Positions 22,611 through 64,000 of a stretch of DNA of 64,000 nt are shown one piece after another. Under the pieces are notes generated by a model. It was not told the origin of the DNA, searched no databases, and saw nothing but the letters and a program-made list of their open reading frames with translations. Source of the DNA: Owenia fusiformis (Eukaryota); NCBI GenBank assembly GCA_903813345.2, contig CAIIXF020000001.1, forward strand, positions 7,998,001 through 8,062,000. Reading direction: 5' to 3'. Each line of letters starts with the position of its first letter. The stretch's first letter is position 1. The position numbers and the translations under genes are program-made.

Positions 22611-25592
22611 CTGGAGTCTTGAACTGAACTTGTTCAATTTCACAAATGTATGTATTATTGGGAGTGTCCCGGTACTTCACCTTCTTGTGAAGGTGAGATA
22701 TAGAAGGGGGGGGGGGGCTTAGGCTTTCAAGCAAGACAAAAAGTGGCATTGTTCACTTTTATATTGGTTCATTTTCTTGACCCTTTACTTTATCTAACAG
22801 GAAAAACAAAAATACAGGTAAAATATGTATCATTAAAAATTCTCATGTCTTATACCCACATCATAAAAAGTTTATCCAAATGGCAAATACCAATACCATA
22901 TTTTATTTCCTGTGACACTCCTAATCATTATTTGTATTTTTGCATATAATAAAGATTATCAATACTGCTTTTAAAGGAACTCAATATACTTTTATATAAA
23001 TATTTGCATCAATAATGGCAACAGTACAATTAATTACTTATGTGTTTTTATAGTCTAGAAATTGTACTTTGCATGTGAATTGTAAATATATTTTTAGCAA
23101 TAGAGTAGTTGCTATATAGGTGGCAGTACATGTTTTAGTTGGGCAAGAATACAATAGTCAGTTGTCATCAAATATAAAATTTAGTTTTTTCAGTCGATTA
23201 CGGTTAAAAATGAATTCTTAAATCTCATTAAAAAGAGATTTCAAAGCTATATAGCAAAGCCTCTATTGTATGAACAAGAATGATTAAAAATCATTCGATA
23301 TTTTGTGAGGTTATTGTTTGTCAAATTCACTCAAATGTTTACAACAGGTTTACTGTGCAAGAAATATATTTTTGAAGTAAACAGAACGAGTACTTTACTT
23401 ATAACTAGTCACGACACGACACCAATTTCTGAATTCTAAAATAGCAACATAACAACATAATATAGCAACTCAACACATAATTATATCTTATTTTCATCTC
23501 ATTGATTGGACATACACTGTAATTGAAAATAAGGTACACTAATACAGAACAACTTCTTACATGACATGATACGTTTTAACTATTTTTATCTAAAACAAAT
23601 GAACAACGTTTGGTAGAGATAATAGTAAGCACTCTCTCAGATGATTTTCTTTATATTTTGGAGAATGATGTATAGGTTACTGGCTTTTAAGCCCAAAGTT
23701 TTTTTTCAAAAAGGCCATATGCCTTAAAAATGGCTGGAATTTTATGAAATCATTTTCATTTCAAACCGAAGTAATGAATTTGTAAATTATACATTAATTT
23801 TAAAATGCAAATATATCAACTTATTAGTATTTAGAATATATTCTATGTTTTTGACCAGTGGCCATTTATGAGAAGCAACATATCGATTTTTGAGTAAAAT
23901 GAGATATACACTGTAGAACTTTTGGCTAAAGAAGGTGAAATAATTGACATTTTTGAAAATTGTATGTACACTTTAGTCACAGTGAAAACAATTTGAGATA
24001 GAAGTAAGCTCTAAGATCGGGTTGTTTGGCCATAAGTCAGGAGTTACAGGGTAGAACTAGAAAAACAAGTGCTTTCTTGCAAAATATATATTATTTGATA
24101 CTAACCTGTAACATATTACATCTGTACATGGTGTAGCTATTTTTATATGATGACTTGCATTTTGACTTGCATTTGAACAAGATTTCCAAAAATGATGATC
24201 ATACCAAGGATGTAGCCAGGGGTCACAATAGGCAAATGTAGAAATATAAGCAAATATATAAAGCGGAAAATAATAGTACTATTGGACATCATTTTTGCAG
24301 TTTCAGTAAAAAACCATAAAAATATATTTTCTGTAAAATGTTAGTGAGGCAATTGCCTCATGCTTGCCTCACCTGCCTCATGCTTGCCTCACCTGCCTCA
24401 TCCTTGGCTATGTCCATGTGTATCAAGTAAACATTATAGTGGTACCTTAAAGGCTGGTCTGCTGGTCAGTACCAGGTTGCTTTTGATTTGGATCAGTTGA
24501 TTTTTCACTAGGTGTTAGATTATCGTCCACAAATGCCAGATAAAGTATGGACTATTAATATTTAGTTTGAATACAATTTATTACTTACTCTAGAATGAGG
24601 CAATCTAGACTGGGTCTATAATGCTATTTTGACCAGCAGGTTTCAGATCCTAAGGGCCTACATGTACACTGATAAAATTTGTAAACAATTTATGGAAAGT
24701 ATTTTGCACTATAATTTTATAATTTTTGGTTCCATCTAGATTTTGTCTCAAACTTGTGAGATGTTAAAATGTTGCACAAAAATGTTCAATGCTGTTTTAC
24801 CTGTGCAAAATCCGTCATTTGTGTAAAATGAAATTTTAATATGTGTACTACACAAAAATATTCATGTATTTATATATATATATTATATACTGATTAAAGA
24901 ATTAACAATAAAAGATTGTGTAAGATTTATTTATTTGAAAAAATGTTTTAGTTACTATACATATAGGGCATCAATCATTGGGATTTGCAGTATCTTCATT
25001 GAGATGAACTCCCCTCATTATAGTTTGACAACAAGAAGTCCCCTTTAGATCATTATCAAATCCTGTTTACATTTTGTGATTAAAAAAAATCATCTAATAT
25101 GTCATGAATTTTGAACGTAATTAAGTAACAAAATTAAGATTCAAGCATTGGCAGGATTTAATATGCTATACAATGAATACCTCTGGTTATTGCCAAGCTT
25201 ATTGAGGGGGTGTAACAGGTCATTAAAAGGCCAGTTTCTACAATCACAATCATTGTGGTCACTCTCATGGTGTTGTTGAATTATCCATGTTTCTATTATT
25301 GGAAAATCAAAGGAATTCATTCAATGTTTGAAATTGACTGCCTTTATACAATAGCAAGTTTTTTAAAAGTTTCAGTGGTAATGTGTTTTATTGCAAAAAT
25401 GATTGTGATACAAAAGAAATCACAGTCAATGATTATAGTAAAATGCATATAACAAAAATCATTGTTTCTACTGAAAGATGGGTCTGATAATGTCAATGGG
25501 TCAAAAGAGAATACAGACTTGAAATAAGGGAGCAATGGGAATTATTACAAGGGAAACCTAACGGTACATTCATTTCGATACGATACATAAGG

Positions 25593-26021
25593 GTTATGTA
25601 CTGGGAGGTTTTGGATATGGGGTTTATCCAGAGGGAGATATCCATATCTACCTGAGGGACCATAGGGACCGAAGGTAGATGTGCATATCTCACGAGGGAT
25701 GAACCCAATATCCAAACTTACCATACATAACTGCTTTATCCTATACCAAGTAGAGTTTTCTAATTTTCTTTCAATTTTTTTATTTTTTCAATTTTTCACA
25801 TTTTTCTGTTTTTTTCAATTTTTTCAAATTTTTTTCTATTTTTTCTTTTTTTCAATTTTTTCTTATTTTTTCAAAAATTTTTCGAAGCGGGAACATATGT
25901 CCTGGAGCGGGAGATATGGCGGGAGATATGGAGGTTCAGGATATAGAAACCTCAAAATCAGGATACGGGATATATCTTACCAACTTATCTCCCTAAAACT
26001 CTACTTGGCAATGGGATAAAG
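25593..26021. repeat. Double-hairpin repeat element of unknown class
   Basis: About 140-bp imperfect palindrome at 25593-25731, then an about 26-bp inverted pair ctttatcc...ccaagtagagtttt at 25734-25759 and 25994-26021. Confidence 0.65.
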
Positions 26022-26369
26022 TGCCTTATCAAGAAACTGGTAAGGCCAGTCAAAGTTAAATATATGTTTAATCCAAATAATAACCCCTCCCTTTTATGAT
26101 TTGACTTTTCATAAAACTCATTTCAAAACCATTGATGAACTTGTAATGCATTCAGATGTATATAGAAATTTAGGAAATAGAAAATAGCGATCCAGCTCAG
26201 ATCATAATACTATGATATAGTGAATGGAGTTCACATAGAGAAGGCTTTGGACCGAAGTAAATCAGTATCAGTCAGCTTTAACAGTGTTAATTCTTCATAA
26301 ACTCAACAGATGTGTCACTTTGAATTGTTCGCATTTCTTATTCATTGATCAATTGCGTTATGAATTATG

Positions 26370-26592
26370 CACTGGCGGATCGGGGGGGGGGGGGGGGGGG
26401 GGGTGGCCTGGGGGCCCAAAATGTGGGCCTTTTTGATCATTACTGGGCCTTTTAGGCTTTATTTTTTAATTTCAGGCCAAATTTCGAAGAAAATGGGCCT
26501 CAAAATTTTTTAAAAATTCTGCGCAAGTGCGGAAGTTTTTTCTTTGACCTGAAATTGCCCCCCCCCCTTGTTGGTTCCCAGATCCGCCCCTG
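26370..26592. mobile_element. hAT-like MITE
   Basis: ca.tggcggatc...gatccgcccctg termini; internal G and C runs. Confidence 0.65.
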
Positions 26593-26829
26593 GTATGTGT
26601 AATTAGTTGGAAAGGGGGTGGGGTTATCCCGTACCAGTCCTGGTACGGGATAAGGGGGGGTGTTTTTCACTGGACATGGATCTAATTAACCTCAAAAGAT
26701 CTTAAGTTTAAAAGAAGTCTTGAATTAGTATATCTATCACTTCTTGCAATTACAATCCTAAATATATTTCTATAGAATCTAAACTAGAAATATAAATGCC
26801 AAGTGGTCAAAACAAAATGACAGGTGCCT

Positions 26830-27161
26830 GAATGACGTCATTTGACATACCATAGTCAATATTATACGTAACTTGAGATTAGCAGAATAAATTTTGCAGA
26901 ATGATGTAATGCCTCTGTCAGAAAAGTAAGAGATGCAATTCATGTAATATAGTCTTTAACAGAATATGATCACACCATCTAATATCCAATATGGCACTAT
27001 ATTCAGAGATTACTGTGAGAAAATGAAGTTTTAGCATGACACGATAGACATGACGTACTTTCAGATTGTGGTAAAAGTCAGCCATGTTGAATTTGATGGC
27101 GGTCGAAACTTTGATCAACTTGTTTACAAGTTAATTATCTGAGCCAATTATACTTAAAAGC
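26830..27161 (+). promoter_or_regulatory. Putative ROCK promoter and non-coding first exon
   Basis: CRE palindrome TGACGTCA at 26833, atggcgg motif, donor gc|gtgagt at 27162 that could pair with acceptor catacag at 27400. Confidence 0.4.
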
Positions 27162-27532
27162 GTGAGTATCAATTAAAGAATATCTTAACTATCACTCTCG
27201 CCATATAGAAACGGAAGAACTTGTTGAATACAGCCAAAATGAACAAATTGTCAACTTTGTTTTGCTTCCTTGATTTTTGAATTTTTTTTAGAAAAATGAA
27301 AATCAGGAGTGTTAGTTCATTTTTCAAATTTGAAAGGCATTTTGCGTTTATTCTATCAAAATTCTATTGTAGACAATGTTTTATTTTTATGTTCATACAG
27401 ATAAGATGAGCTGAGTTCAATAGTCCTTGCAGTCGTAAACATTTACTCACGAACAATGTTGGATGTTGGAACTGATTTCATAGATATAAGCACTCCGATA
27501 CATCTTAATTAGGGCACACCTTCAAGATCACA

Positions 27533-63972
<36,440 letters not shown>

Positions 63973-64000
63973 CGAACTGACTGGGACACTTGTCCTATAT

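Noticed and set aside
25681-26019. Phe-rich 112-aa ORF that looks like a membrane protein
   Set aside because: It comes from a T-rich low-complexity tract inside a repeat element.

Overview
AT-rich animal genomic DNA with spliceosomal introns. The repeat families resemble those of molluscs or other lophotrochozoans, which is an inference. There are three host genes, all on the + strand: (1) a single-coding-exon Di-Ras-like GTPase (1704-2297); (2) an unrecognised two-exon, 159-aa, three-TM membrane protein (19641-20469); (3) a complete Rho-associated kinase (ROCK) gene (27533-63972, about 1390 aa). I traced ROCK exon by exon with consistent splice phases. It includes a GC-AG intron, two microexons (6 and 15 nt) and several alternative 3' exons. 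The best candidate for novelty is the 6-nt microexon, which creates a DEVD caspase-3/7 consensus directly after the ROCK kinase domain; the neighbouring 15-nt microexon adds TA-AVPS behind it. Intergenic and intronic DNA is dense in non-autonomous DNA transposons. These include a three-level nest at 8376-13464 whose outer element carries a spliced, disrupted zinc-finger gene, Helentron-type (HINE) elements, and a 5'-truncated CR1/L2-like LINE. No rRNA, tRNA or CRISPR features were seen. All calls were made by eye; no database searches were run.
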